NCBI GenBank assembly: GCA_042565725.1
Contig: JBHORK010000004.1
Span: 2,750-66,749, forward strand
DNA length: 64,000 bases
Source: Verrucomicrobiota bacterium
Lineage (GTDB): Bacteria > Verrucomicrobiota > Kiritimatiellia > UBA8416 > JBHORK01
Direction of reading: 5' to 3'
A model generated the notes under the pieces. It was given only the letters and a program-made list of their open reading frames with translations, was not told where the DNA came from and searched no databases. Positions 8,772 through 17,863 of this stretch are shown here, piece after piece. Position 1 is the stretch's first letter, and every line of letters begins with the position of its first letter. The translations under genes and the position numbers were made by a program.

Positions 8772-10838
8772 ATGAAAAGACATTGGCATAGCTGGTTATT
8801 ATTTACGGTATTTGTGGTTGCGGTTCTCGCGGCTATGGGCTGGTTAAGCAGTAAAATGGTAACTTTGCAGGAGGCGAACATCAAGGCCCAGCAGGATGCG
8901 GCCTTTGAAGAGTCCGTTCGGCTTGCACTCTGGCGGATGGACGCGGAGATTTCTCCCATGATACTGGAGGAAAGTTCCCGGCCGTATTACGATTACTGGG
9001 CATATAATTATAACGGTCAGATTATTGAGAGAGAAGAGCTTGGGAATAATGACTTTAATATCAGGCCAAACGCTTCCCCTTTGCTTGCGCAGACTAATGC
9101 TGCAGGTGTTAATATCTATTTTCAGACTGAGCTGAATGACAAAGAGAAGAACGCATCCCAAATAGAGTCGCCCCAGGTTCTTGACACGATAACCAATCTG
9201 GCTGTTGGTAAAGATATTGACTTAAGAGATAACTGGAGACAGCTTGATACTCTTAACAGGACTATAAACGCGGAAGATTTAAATAATGCTTTGCAGGTTG
9301 CGAATGCAACCGAAGAAATAAATGCTGATAATGAAACTGAAGACCTTAGTCGGCAGGTTACAAGCGTTGGGGTTGTATCAGGTGAAAAGAGGCAGCAACT
9401 TGCCAACAATGATTATACCCTGGATGCTCAAAAACAGGGGAATATGCCTGTTCAGGGAAGGGGAATGCAACAGGCGGCGCAGGTTGATCAGTCGAGTTAT
9501 CTTCAGCGCAGATCTAAGAATGAAGAGTCGAAAAAGAAAGTGCAACAGACAAAATCACGTTTTTACGATGAAATATCGTTGGCAAATGCAGCTCGCCAGG
9601 AGCCAGTTTCAAGAAGTGATAAATCCAAGTCAAATGCCTCGAAAGAAATCAGAGGGAAAGCAGGTAAACTAAGGAAATCAAGTTGGGGAAAAGGCGAATC
9701 AAAGGAGGCGGAGCAGATCATTGCGCAACAGCCGGTTGCGCGGCAGATTAAATATTCTGATGACCAGTCGGTAAAGGTCAAAGAGGATGTTATGCATCCT
9801 GTATGGGTAAATGATCTTCTTATCCTCGCGCGGACAGTCAGGATTAACGGTAAATCAACTATCCAGGGTGTCTGGCTTAACTGGGAAAATATAAAGAGCC
9901 AATTACTTGATGAAATAAAGGATCTGTTTCCTGAAGCTGAACTTGTAGCCGCTGATCCTTTAAAAGAAACAGATAAGTCCAGGTTGATGGCCGCTATTCC
10001 TGTAAAGCTTATTCCCGGTAATGCGATTAATCTGCCGGTTATACCTGTGTCATCTTACAAGCTTCCTCTTGCGATAGCCTGGGTGTTTGTGCTTATAGGT
10101 GTATTTGCTGTAGCGATATTGCTTCTCGGTACATCTGTGCTGAGTGAGCGGAGGGGCGCATTTGTTTCGGCAGTGACACATGAGCTGAGAACACCTCTGA
10201 CTACTTTTCGAATGTACACCGAGATGCTGGCGGAAGGTATGGTCAAAAACGAAGAAAAGAGAGATGAATATCTTCAGACTTTACATAAGGAAAGTAATCG
10301 GCTTGGACATTTAGTGGAGAACGTTCTTGCTTATTCAAGACTTGAGAATGGTTCTGTAAGCAGTTCGCTCGAGAAAATAAGAATTAATGATATAATAGAG
10401 CGGGTTCAGGAAACTTTATCGCGCCGTGCCGAAGAAGCCGGCATGCGGTTGGTGATAGATATATCTGACGAAAATCGTTATGCGGAAAGTCATACCAGTC
10501 TTATGACCGTTGAGCAGATTCTGTTTAATCTTGTCGATAATTCCTGCAAGTATGCGTCATCGGCAGATGATAAAAGGATTCATTTTGCTGTGACTGTAGA
10601 AGGAGAATCAGTGATTATAAGAATCTGTGATCATGGTAAAGGCTTGCAGAAGACGGATCGTCAGATAGCGTTCAAGCCATTTCGTAAGTCTGCGGAGATG
10701 GCTGCCGAAAGCGCGCCCGGGGTGGGGCTGGGGCTTGCGTTATGCAAGCGGCTTGCTGCGCAGATTGATGCAAGGATTTATTATGAGGAGCATAAGAGCT
10801 ATGGAGCCTGCTTCACTCTCCGCCTGCCTTTAAGCTGA
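8772..10838 (+). CDS. Sensor histidine kinase (HisKA + HATPase_c) with a large periplasmic region
   Basis: H-box VTHELRTPLT, N-box QILFNLVDNSCKY, DHGKG and GVGLGL G-boxes, and two TM segments. Likely start ATG 8772 (MKRHWHSW). Confidence 0.95.
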   Translation: MKRHWHSWLLFTVFVVAVLAAMGWLSSKMVTLQEANIKAQQDAAFEESVRLALWRMDAEISPMILEESSRPYYDYWAYNYNGQIIEREELGNNDFNIRPNASPLLAQTNAAGVNIYFQTELNDKEKNASQIESPQVLDTITNLAVGKDIDLRDNWRQLDTLNRTINAEDLNNALQVANATEEINADNETEDLSRQVTSVGVVSGEKRQQLANNDYTLDAQKQGNMPVQGRGMQQAAQVDQSSYLQRRSKNEESKKKVQQTKSRFYDEISLANAARQEPVSRSDKSKSNASKEIRGKAGKLRKSSWGKGESKEAEQIIAQQPVARQIKYSDDQSVKVKEDVMHPVWVNDLLILARTVRINGKSTIQGVWLNWENIKSQLLDEIKDLFPEAELVAADPLKETDKSRLMAAIPVKLIPGNAINLPVIPVSSYKLPLAIAWVFVLIGVFAVAILLLGTSVLSERRGAFVSAVTHELRTPLTTFRMYTEMLAEGMVKNEEKRDEYLQTLHKESNRLGHLVENVLAYSRLENGSVSSSLEKIRINDIIERVQETLSRRAEEAGMRLVIDISDENRYAESHTSLMTVEQILFNLVDNSCKYASSADDKRIHFAVTVEGESVIIRICDHGKGLQKTDRQIAFKPFRKSAEMAAESAPGVGLGLALCKRLAAQIDARIYYEEHKSYGACFTLRLPLS

Positions 10839-10877
10839 TTAATTAGTTGTTACTGAGAAATCTTATTTTTCAAGAAT

Positions 10878-11048
10878 GCAGAAAGAATTTCGTTCGAAAA
10901 TCGAACCCGCATATTACCGCTTCTGCTGCGTTCCTGCTCCCCTAAAATACCAAAGTATGTGTCGGGTCGCAGCGCCTTGCATAAGCGGCAATCTGCTGAT
11001 CCGATTTTCGAATCCTTCGACAAGCTCAGGAAACGAAATTCTTTCTGC
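10878..11048. mobile_element. MITE-like palindromic element with a nested REP-like insert in the right arm
   Basis: Exact 17-bp terminal IR GCAGAAAGAATTTCGTT (10878-10894) / 11032-11048, continued by CGAAAATCG / CGATTTTCG. The right arm is interrupted by TCCTTCGACAAGCTCAGGA (11013-11031). Related left ends occur at ~15768-15832 and ~50557-50640. Confidence 0.7.
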
Positions 11049-11055
11049 GGTTTAC

Positions 11056-11084
11056 ACCCCGCTCCCGCGGGGAGGGGTTTGTTT
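11056..11084 (+). terminator. Possible intrinsic terminator between the convergent kinase and nagB genes
   Basis: GC-rich hairpin ACCCCGCTCCCGCGGGGAGGGGT followed by TTGTTT. Confidence 0.35.
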
Positions 11085-11331
11085 GTCATTCCCCCGGTCC
11101 TTTTTGTTGTTGGATTTTTGAGCACTTGATTCTGTGTTAGGCATACCTATACCGGATATATTAACTGTTTGAAGTTGAGCGGCTTTCTTTCTCTTTTATA
11201 CTTTTTTCTGATATGTGATATATGGATATGCGGATAATGCGTCCCGCGGTAGCATCTCCGTCTCCCGACGGATGGGCTTATTAAGAATTCCCCCGGTGCT
11301 TCATTATTACAACACTTTTCGATGTGAAACC

Positions 11332-12117
11332 TTACCTATACAGTTCCCATTCAGGTTCGTTTTCGAATAGCCAGCGGTAATAGTCTTTTCCTTCAAGCTT
11401 TGTTGCTGCATCTTCATCAACTATAACTGTGGTTGTCGCATGTAATTGAATTGCCGTAGCCGAAATCATGGCTGTAACAGGTCCTTCCACGGCTTTTGCG
11501 AGAATATCAGCTTTAGCTTTTCCCGTGACCAGCATAATGATTCGTTTTGAATCAAGAATAGTACCCACGCCCATGGTAAAGGCACGCTTGGGCATTTCAT
11601 CAGGGTTGTCGAATAGAGGCGAGTTCTGGTCAATGGTTGTTTGAGTAAGGGCTTTGTCTCTGGTGCGTGAGAACAGTGCGGAAAGAGGTTCGTTAAATCC
11701 TATATGGCCCGACATTCCTATGCCAAGTAACTGCAGATCAATTCCTCCTGCTTTTTTTATAAGTTCTTCATAACGTTGAGCTTCTGCTTTCTGGTCCTCA
11801 GCCATTCCGTTGGGCAGGTTGGTATTGTTTATTTTAATATCTGTTTTTGAAAACAGATGTTTATTCATATATGTTCGGTATGAACCGGGATGATTTTCGG
11901 GTATTCCGATATATTCATCGAGATTAAATGTTTTGCATTCAGCAAGGTGAAGATTGTTTTCCGAGCAGGCTTGAGCAATTTTTCCGTAAACATGTTCCAT
12001 AGTACGGCCGGTTGCCAGTCCTAACGTGAGATTGGGTTTTTGTTTAACCGCGTCGATTATGAGTCGGGCGGTTAATTCGGTTGCTGCTTCAATATCCGGT
12101 CTGATTATTACTTCCAT
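11332..12117 (-). CDS. nagB: Glucosamine-6-phosphate deaminase
   Basis: LGLATGRT, FNLDEYIG, IDLQLLGIGMSGHIGFNEP and TMGVGTIL motifs. Confidence 0.95.
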   Translation of the reverse strand: MEVIIRPDIEAATELTARLIIDAVKQKPNLTLGLATGRTMEHVYGKIAQACSENNLHLAECKTFNLDEYIGIPENHPGSYRTYMNKHLFSKTDIKINNTNLPNGMAEDQKAEAQRYEELIKKAGGIDLQLLGIGMSGHIGFNEPLSALFSRTRDKALTQTTIDQNSPLFDNPDEMPKRAFTMGVGTILDSKRIIMLVTGKAKADILAKAVEGPVTAMISATAIQLHATTTVIVDEDAATKLEGKDYYRWLFENEPEWELYR

Positions 12118-12968
12118 TATAGTTTCTCCAATCGTGCCTTAACATCTGTTTTAAATTTTTCGATAAATGCAAGAGTATATTCTGTTATCGAAAGAGTGTT
12201 GCTCTTGATGAGAGGAGTCAGATCCATTGCGAAAGTAAGGCCCTCAGCTTCATCCACGCCGTGTGATGCGAAAAACGTGGCGTTGGCCAGACGGCGACCC
12301 TGTGCCGCGAGATCATAACGCTTGCCGCCGCTGATCTGGGATTCATAAAAACCCATTAGAGACGCGGCCAGTTCGGGATATTTATCAACAGCAAGTGTTT
12401 GTTTTTCTTTATCATCGAGCCAATCAAGATCACGCCATACTTCGCAGCCGTAAACTTTTGAAGGCTGTTTATCATGGGGCAGGGTGCGTATAGCGGTCAA
12501 TGCTCTTAATAATGATGCAACATGTGTATCATGCTTGTCGGCAGGGTTATGGAGATAAACCACTTCCGGCAAAGCAGATTCCATAATAAGACGAATATTG
12601 TTTGCCGGGTCCGAATTTGAAGCGTCCTTGATTTGACTGCTCGAATACATGAGTTGAAGCATACACGAATATTTGCCTGATTTGGCGGCTTTGCGCTGTT
12701 CTTCCTGGCGGAGTTTCTGCATATCTTCATCGGTGCACTCCGCGTATTTGCCGGTGCGCGGGCTTCCCGCTCCATTTGTAAGGATAACACCTGTAAACCA
12801 TTTGTCTTCTTTTTCGTAACATTCGGCTATTCCGTGATAAGCCATGATTTCCAGATCATCCTGATGCGCGCCGATAGCCAGATGCGTAGTACGTTTGAGT
12901 GCTTTCTCTACATCAACACCATCAGGAACATAAATATCTGCATCTGTATTATTCAGCTTCATTTTCAT
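12117..12968 (-). CDS. PIG-L/LmbE-family N-deacetylase
   Basis: AIGAHQDDLE metal-binding motif, and HNPADKHDTH; coupled to nagB by a 1-bp overlap. Confidence 0.88.
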   Translation of the reverse strand: MKMKLNNTDADIYVPDGVDVEKALKRTTHLAIGAHQDDLEIMAYHGIAECYEKEDKWFTGVILTNGAGSPRTGKYAECTDEDMQKLRQEEQRKAAKSGKYSCMLQLMYSSSQIKDASNSDPANNIRLIMESALPEVVYLHNPADKHDTHVASLLRALTAIRTLPHDKQPSKVYGCEVWRDLDWLDDKEKQTLAVDKYPELAASLMGFYESQISGGKRYDLAAQGRRLANATFFASHGVDEAEGLTFAMDLTPLIKSNTLSITEYTLAFIEKFKTDVKARLEKL

Positions 12969-13027
12969 TTCTTTTTTTCGCGTTATTTAGCGTATTTCGC
13001 GGTTAAACTCTTTTCATTTCTTCGCTT

Positions 13028-14416
13028 TTAGCTACGCCGTGGCAAGCTCGCGGCGGCGATAGCCTGGCCGTGCCGTTTCATCTTTTCGTCAGGAGTTGTA
13101 ATGTTGATTTTTTCTTCCAGTTTTGGGAACTCGTCTTTTAATACTTCCTGTGCTTTGTTGATGATAATTTCGCCGCCTATTCCGCTGGTTACGCGACCAA
13201 GAAAAAGCAGGTTCCGGAAATTATAAAAATCAGAGAAATGAGCTATGGTATATCCGAAACATGTTCCGACGGTTTCAAAAATCTTTGAGGCGCGCTTATC
13301 TCCTGATTTCATTAAATTCTGGATTTCCGCGAGGCGTTCTGCAAGAGGCATGTCAGCAGGGTATTTGATTCCTGCTTCAGGAGCCAGTCGTGCCACTCCC
13401 TGCTGTGAGAAATACTGAACGCTGCAGCCTTCGTCTCCGGACCATTCGTCGACAGGCGCGTTATCACGGTAATCAACAGGCACAAAGGCAAGCTCGTTCA
13501 GCCATGGAGTGATGTTTCCTTCGGGAGTTACATAGCCGGCGGCAACGCTTGTGCCCATGGATATGCCGAGTACGGCATTATCGTTCAATGACATTGATGC
13601 GGCAAGCGCGGTAACTTCGCCGTCATTAACAACTTCAAAAGGAACATTGTTCCAGCGTTTTTTTAATTCAAAAAACAAGCCCTTGATCTGTTTGTTGAAA
13701 ATATCTTCACTTAACCCCCGGAAAAGGGATGCCGCGCGAACTTCGTTATTAACATAAACACCGGCGGCGCTGCCGCCGATAGCGTCTACCCGGGGTAATT
13801 TTTCAGCTGCGCGTTTAAGAGAATCATTAATGCCTTCTATATGGTAGTTCGGGTCTTTTTCAAAATAGGGATTCCATTTTACCTCTTCAGAGAAAATAAC
13901 TTTGCCGTCTATCAATGCGGCGCATTTTCTGTCACTGCCGCCAAGATCAAAACCGATGCGGCATCCGTCTAAATGGCGGCCAAGCGGTTTTGTTGTTTCT
14001 TTGGACGCAGGCATTTTATCTGCGGGGCAGTGTTCTATCCGCATAGTTTGGCTGTAGATCTTTTCGCCCATAAAATGGTAGTCGAACGAACGTTCACCGG
14101 AAGGGCTGTATATTTGAGCAATCATTTCAGCAGCTTTGGGGTCACCGCTGATGAAAATTTTGTATCCGCCTTTTTGCCAGAGCAGAAATTTGATTAATCG
14201 TTCAAGATATTTTTTGTTTAGTTCAATATATGGTTTCTCGTGGGGGAGTATTGCGGTGTCGAAAACCGAGACGGTTTCGTCTTTACGAATCAGGGCTATT
14301 GAAGTGGGAACGCCTTTTTTTGATTCCGTAACGCATTTGCTGAAAGCTCTGTTCCATAGCACCGCGGGGATAAAGCCTTCATCCAGAACGGGCTTGTGTT
14401 TAGTTTCTATTTTCAT
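13028..14416 (-). CDS. ROK-family sugar kinase-like protein with an N-terminal extension
   Basis: GFDLGGSDRK phosphate loop, VVNDGEVTA, GISMGTSVAAG and ELAF motifs. Likely start ATG 14416 (MKIETK). Confidence 0.85.
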   Translation of the reverse strand: MKIETKHKPVLDEGFIPAVLWNRAFSKCVTESKKGVPTSIALIRKDETVSVFDTAILPHEKPYIELNKKYLERLIKFLLWQKGGYKIFISGDPKAAEMIAQIYSPSGERSFDYHFMGEKIYSQTMRIEHCPADKMPASKETTKPLGRHLDGCRIGFDLGGSDRKCAALIDGKVIFSEEVKWNPYFEKDPNYHIEGINDSLKRAAEKLPRVDAIGGSAAGVYVNNEVRAASLFRGLSEDIFNKQIKGLFFELKKRWNNVPFEVVNDGEVTALAASMSLNDNAVLGISMGTSVAAGYVTPEGNITPWLNELAFVPVDYRDNAPVDEWSGDEGCSVQYFSQQGVARLAPEAGIKYPADMPLAERLAEIQNLMKSGDKRASKIFETVGTCFGYTIAHFSDFYNFRNLLFLGRVTSGIGGEIIINKAQEVLKDEFPKLEEKINITTPDEKMKRHGQAIAAASLPRRS

Positions 14417-14441
14417 AGTCTTTTCTCTCAATATCAGCAAG

Positions 14442-14471
14442 TATCATATATGATATTTAATGATATGTCAA
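14442..14471 (-). promoter_or_regulatory. Sigma70-type promoter of the ROK-deacetylase-nagB operon, overlapped by a 14-bp palindrome
   Basis: Minus strand TTGACA (14471-14466), N17, TATGAT (14448-14443). Perfect palindrome TATCATATATGATA at 14442-14455. Confidence 0.7.
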
Positions 14472-14601
14472 CAGGGTGAGGAAGGCGGTGGTATTTATCG
14501 TATAGGCGACATAAAGGTTGTTGTGTACGTATTTCTGTCTTATTATTGTCCCATATAGATACTGACAAGAGGAAGCAAATGGGTTTTGGGAGACTTTGGA
14601 G

Positions 14602-15753
14602 ATGAGTTCGGAGCAGGCAAAAAAAAGAGATAGAAATCGTTATACAATTCTTTCAGCGATTCAGTCGCAGGGGCCATTGAAGCGTACGGAGTTGGCCACT
14701 AAATACAGCATAAGGAAATCCAGTGTGACAAGTCTGGTGGATGAACTGATAACGCGTGAGATATTGTGCAATAAGATTGCAGAAAGACCACGAAGCCCTA
14801 TGACATTTACGAGCGGTAAATGGTTCGCGGTCGCGGTTAGTGTCTTTGTCGAGGAAATTCATTTCGGGCGTATAGATTTGACAGGGAAGATTTATGACAA
14901 ACTGACGTTACCTCTAAAAGGGGAGTCACAGAAAGAACTCCTGGAGATTATTTCGGATGGTATAGGTCGTATGTTGAAAATTAATCCATCCAGGAGTCTA
15001 GGTATTGGAATTGCTGTTCCCGGAATTGTTAATTCAAATGATGGCATATGTAATTATGCGATTAACATGCCGCAGTTACGTGACGCGAAGATTGGAGCAT
15101 ATATAAAAAGCAAATTTAATCAGAGCGTTATGGTTGAGAATGATGTCAGGGCAAGTCTTTGGGCCGGTATATGGTTCGAGCGGTTTCTCTCTAATTACAG
15201 GAATGTTATTTATCTGGATATTACTTCAGGCATCAGTTCCGCTTTATTGGTAAATGGTCAGCGTCATGTGGGCGCAACTTTTTCAGCAGGAGAGCTTGGT
15301 CACATGAAGGCGGGTGACGAGAACAGATCATGCCGATGCGGGAAGGTGGATTGCCTGGAGACATATTGCAGTATAGAAGCAATATGCAGGGATATTCACG
15401 CGATTGCTCCCGAACTTGGGAATTTGAAGTCTGCTGTTGATATTGTGGATGCCGCCAAAGATAACGTTGTTGTAATGAACGTGTTGGATCGGGCAATGGA
15501 GCGTTTGTGTCGGTTGCTTTCGGTTCTGGTAGCTTATGTTGATCCTGATGTGATTCTGCTTGGAAATCAAGATCCCCGGTTTTATGAGCTGGTTCTTCCA
15601 ATGCTGAAAAAGCATCTGCTTACGCAGCTGCAGGGATGCAGTTCGGGTGAGGTTGATATGCATATCGTGCCTTCCGCAATGGATAGCGCGTTGCGTGGTG
15701 TTGCCGGGTTGGTTATAGACAACGCGTTCAAGTTTAATTTCCATGCTGAATAA
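14602..15753 (+). CDS. ROK-family transcriptional repressor (NagC/XylR-like)
   Basis: N-terminal HTH (LKRTELATKYSIRKSSVTSLVDELI) and ROK domain with VENDVRA, GELGH and CRCGKVDCLE zinc motif; divergent from the catabolic operon. Confidence 0.92.
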   Translation: MSSEQAKKRDRNRYTILSAIQSQGPLKRTELATKYSIRKSSVTSLVDELITREILCNKIAERPRSPMTFTSGKWFAVAVSVFVEEIHFGRIDLTGKIYDKLTLPLKGESQKELLEIISDGIGRMLKINPSRSLGIGIAVPGIVNSNDGICNYAINMPQLRDAKIGAYIKSKFNQSVMVENDVRASLWAGIWFERFLSNYRNVIYLDITSGISSALLVNGQRHVGATFSAGELGHMKAGDENRSCRCGKVDCLETYCSIEAICRDIHAIAPELGNLKSAVDIVDAAKDNVVVMNVLDRAMERLCRLLSVLVAYVDPDVILLGNQDPRFYELVLPMLKKHLLTQLQGCSSGEVDMHIVPSAMDSALRGVAGLVIDNAFKFNFHAE

Positions 15754-16053
15754 AAATTCTGTATACAGTTTGTTAATATAAGAATGCAGGAGAATTTCGT
15801 TTCTCTTTTCGCTCAGAAGCTACCGCGGACAAGTTGTTTCTGTTTTTTCAACCCTTTGGGTAACAAAATGCGCAAAGCGGCTTACAGCCCCCCCCCCCCC
15901 GGCGGAGGCATGCCCAAGTTTCGGAGTATCTGTTATCTGCCTTGTTTCTACCGCCATCTTAAATGTTGTTTTGCTCCGAATAACCAGTGGGACTACTTAA
16001 TCAAAGGTTATGTTATCATCCGGAATTGGAGAGTTCCCTACTTTCGCTACCCC

Positions 16054-17100
16054 TCATTTTTTGCGGCTGTTTGGATCGTTGTTTATTTCTTTTTCGATGC
16101 TATGTGATTGAGTAATGATTTCATCAAATGTTGGTGGGGATTCTAGGAACATTTCATGCATTGCGCGGTAATCTTTTTTCAGGTCTTCAATTCTGTGATC
16201 AGGTGGAGCAAGTTTGAGTGTTGGCGGCTTTGCTTCTTCGTAATTGGCCCATGACGACTTGAAGTATGTCTGCTTGAATTTAACCACATCCGCAAGAACA
16301 TCAATCATCTGTATCGCCTTTCTGCCGGAAGGATGCAGGGATAGGCAGTAAATATCGTAATAATCTCTGGAAAGCCTGCTTCTCATTGGGGAGTCTTGGT
16401 GGCGATGATATTCTGCATGCAAAATGGTAACTTTCTCCCAGAATGTTCTTTCTAGTTCCAGCGTGGATACTTCTATTTGCGCGTCTTTTAATAGCTCCGG
16501 GAATTCTTTTGCAACCCAGGGTGTTATAGTATGACTTCCTTTGGGGCGTTGATCCGCAAGCGAGCCAAACTCAAATTTTACCTGTGGTAATATATATTGC
16601 CCTGCACGGCTTTCATATGTCGGATAGTTGAAGATCAAAACGGAGCTTTTTGTTTCTTCATCAATATTGAAGTCGAGGTAAGTATTGCTATTGGCGGGTT
16701 GACCGATAGCATCTTGTATCTCTGCTTCCAAAAGCGGCATTACCTGTTGTTCTACAGCGGCATGACATGCTTGGTTAAGGCTCTTTAATCTCTTATTGAA
16801 TTGCTCTCCTGATGGCGCAGAGGCGGGGCTGTTGTCTCCGGCAAAACCAAGCCATTCCGGATCAATAGAAATATCAATATCTTCAGAAAATCGTTTTATT
16901 ACATTGAAGACTTTTGATAGGGAAGTTCCGCCCTTAAAAATAAATTTATCTATTATTTCTGGGATTCCGAACAGCATCTTTAACGCAAAACAGACCCAGA
17001 AATCTTTTTCTACAATCAGTTGTCTTAATGCGCGACGGTTTGCTGCTTCTTCAAAGTAAGTATTTCTTTCTTCTTGGGGCAGTCTGGCAAATTCAATCAT
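16054..17100 (-). CDS. abiEii: AbiEii-family nucleotidyltransferase toxin (type IV TA)
   Basis: IVEKDFWV, FKGGTSLSK, RFSEDID, ERTFWEK and RDYYD motifs. Confidence 0.92.
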   Translation of the reverse strand: MIEFARLPQEERNTYFEEAANRRALRQLIVEKDFWVCFALKMLFGIPEIIDKFIFKGGTSLSKVFNVIKRFSEDIDISIDPEWLGFAGDNSPASAPSGEQFNKRLKSLNQACHAAVEQQVMPLLEAEIQDAIGQPANSNTYLDFNIDEETKSSVLIFNYPTYESRAGQYILPQVKFEFGSLADQRPKGSHTITPWVAKEFPELLKDAQIEVSTLELERTFWEKVTILHAEYHRHQDSPMRSRLSRDYYDIYCLSLHPSGRKAIQMIDVLADVVKFKQTYFKSSWANYEEAKPPTLKLAPPDHRIEDLKKDYRAMHEMFLESPPTFDEIITQSHSIEKEINNDPNSRKK

Positions 17101-17703
17101 TTAATTATCCGTAATTCTTTTGATGATAGGATGCAACCATGAGGGGGCGTACTTCGCATCTAGCTGAAGGCGTTTCTTATCTCTGGCATTGAGAAATTTT
17201 CTTAAGTTTGCAATATGTTTATTAGTAATTTGCTTTTCTCCAATATGCCGCAATGCTTGGATAATAATTCCGCTGATTTTATCAGCCAGCATCATATTGC
17301 GGGAGGTAGTCTTTTTTAGTATGATTTCCTGCTCCCCAATCTTTATTTTTCGGGAAGGGCCATCTGTCAGAAAAGTTATTTTTGCTGGAACTTGTTCCGA
17401 AAGCCCCAGAATATTTGCCGCATACGCTCCGGAAGGAAGAATCCTGGTCGAATCTCTGTCTGCCAAAGCTTGGGCTATATTCTCAGGTTTTGGGGACAAT
17501 AAGCCTAATTTTGGGTGTTTTGTGGGATAATCGTAAAGGCCTTGAGCAAGACGTCTTGTTATATGCTTCTCGGCCAATCGTAATAGTGTTTTATTTATTG
17601 TTTTACGTGAACCAAGATCTAAGAATGAATTTGGAGTAAAACACCAACCCCTGCCTTTGCTATATATTCTGTTTAATGCTTTATTTGCAATGCTTTTAGC
17701 CAT
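17101..17703 (-). CDS. abiEi: AbiEi-like antitoxin / transcriptional regulator (DUF6088-type)
   Basis: N-terminal wHTH (FTPNSFLDLGSRKTINKTLLRL...RRLAQGLYDYP), GAYAANILGLSEQVPA; directly upstream of the toxin. Start ATG 17703 follows AAAGGGGG. Confidence 0.88.
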   Translation of the reverse strand: MAKSIANKALNRIYSKGRGWCFTPNSFLDLGSRKTINKTLLRLAEKHITRRLAQGLYDYPTKHPKLGLLSPKPENIAQALADRDSTRILPSGAYAANILGLSEQVPAKITFLTDGPSRKIKIGEQEIILKKTTSRNMMLADKISGIIIQALRHIGEKQITNKHIANLRKFLNARDKKRLQLDAKYAPSWLHPIIKRITDN

Positions 17704-17720
17704 GATTACCCCCTTTATTA

Positions 17721-17757
17721 TGTCGTAAAATATACCCATTATTTACGACACGGTCAA
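17721..17757 (-). promoter_or_regulatory. TA operon promoter overlapped by a 9-bp inverted-repeat operator
   Basis: Minus strand TTGACC (17757-17752), N17, TATATT (17734-17729). IR TGTCGTAAA (17721-17729) / TTTACGACA (17742-17750). Confidence 0.75.
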
Positions 17758-17863
17758 GGACTATAAGCAGATTACTCATCAGTGTACTGCTAACGTGTTA
17801 CATTGCTCCAAAGGACATGTTGAGGCTAATAGGTAGCGAAAACGTACTAGACGTGCGGAGCAA

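Noticed and set aside
15888-15900. C13 homopolymer as a phase-variation switch
   Set aside because: It lies between two convergent gene ends, not in a credible CDS or promoter, and homopolymer length is error-prone in assemblies.
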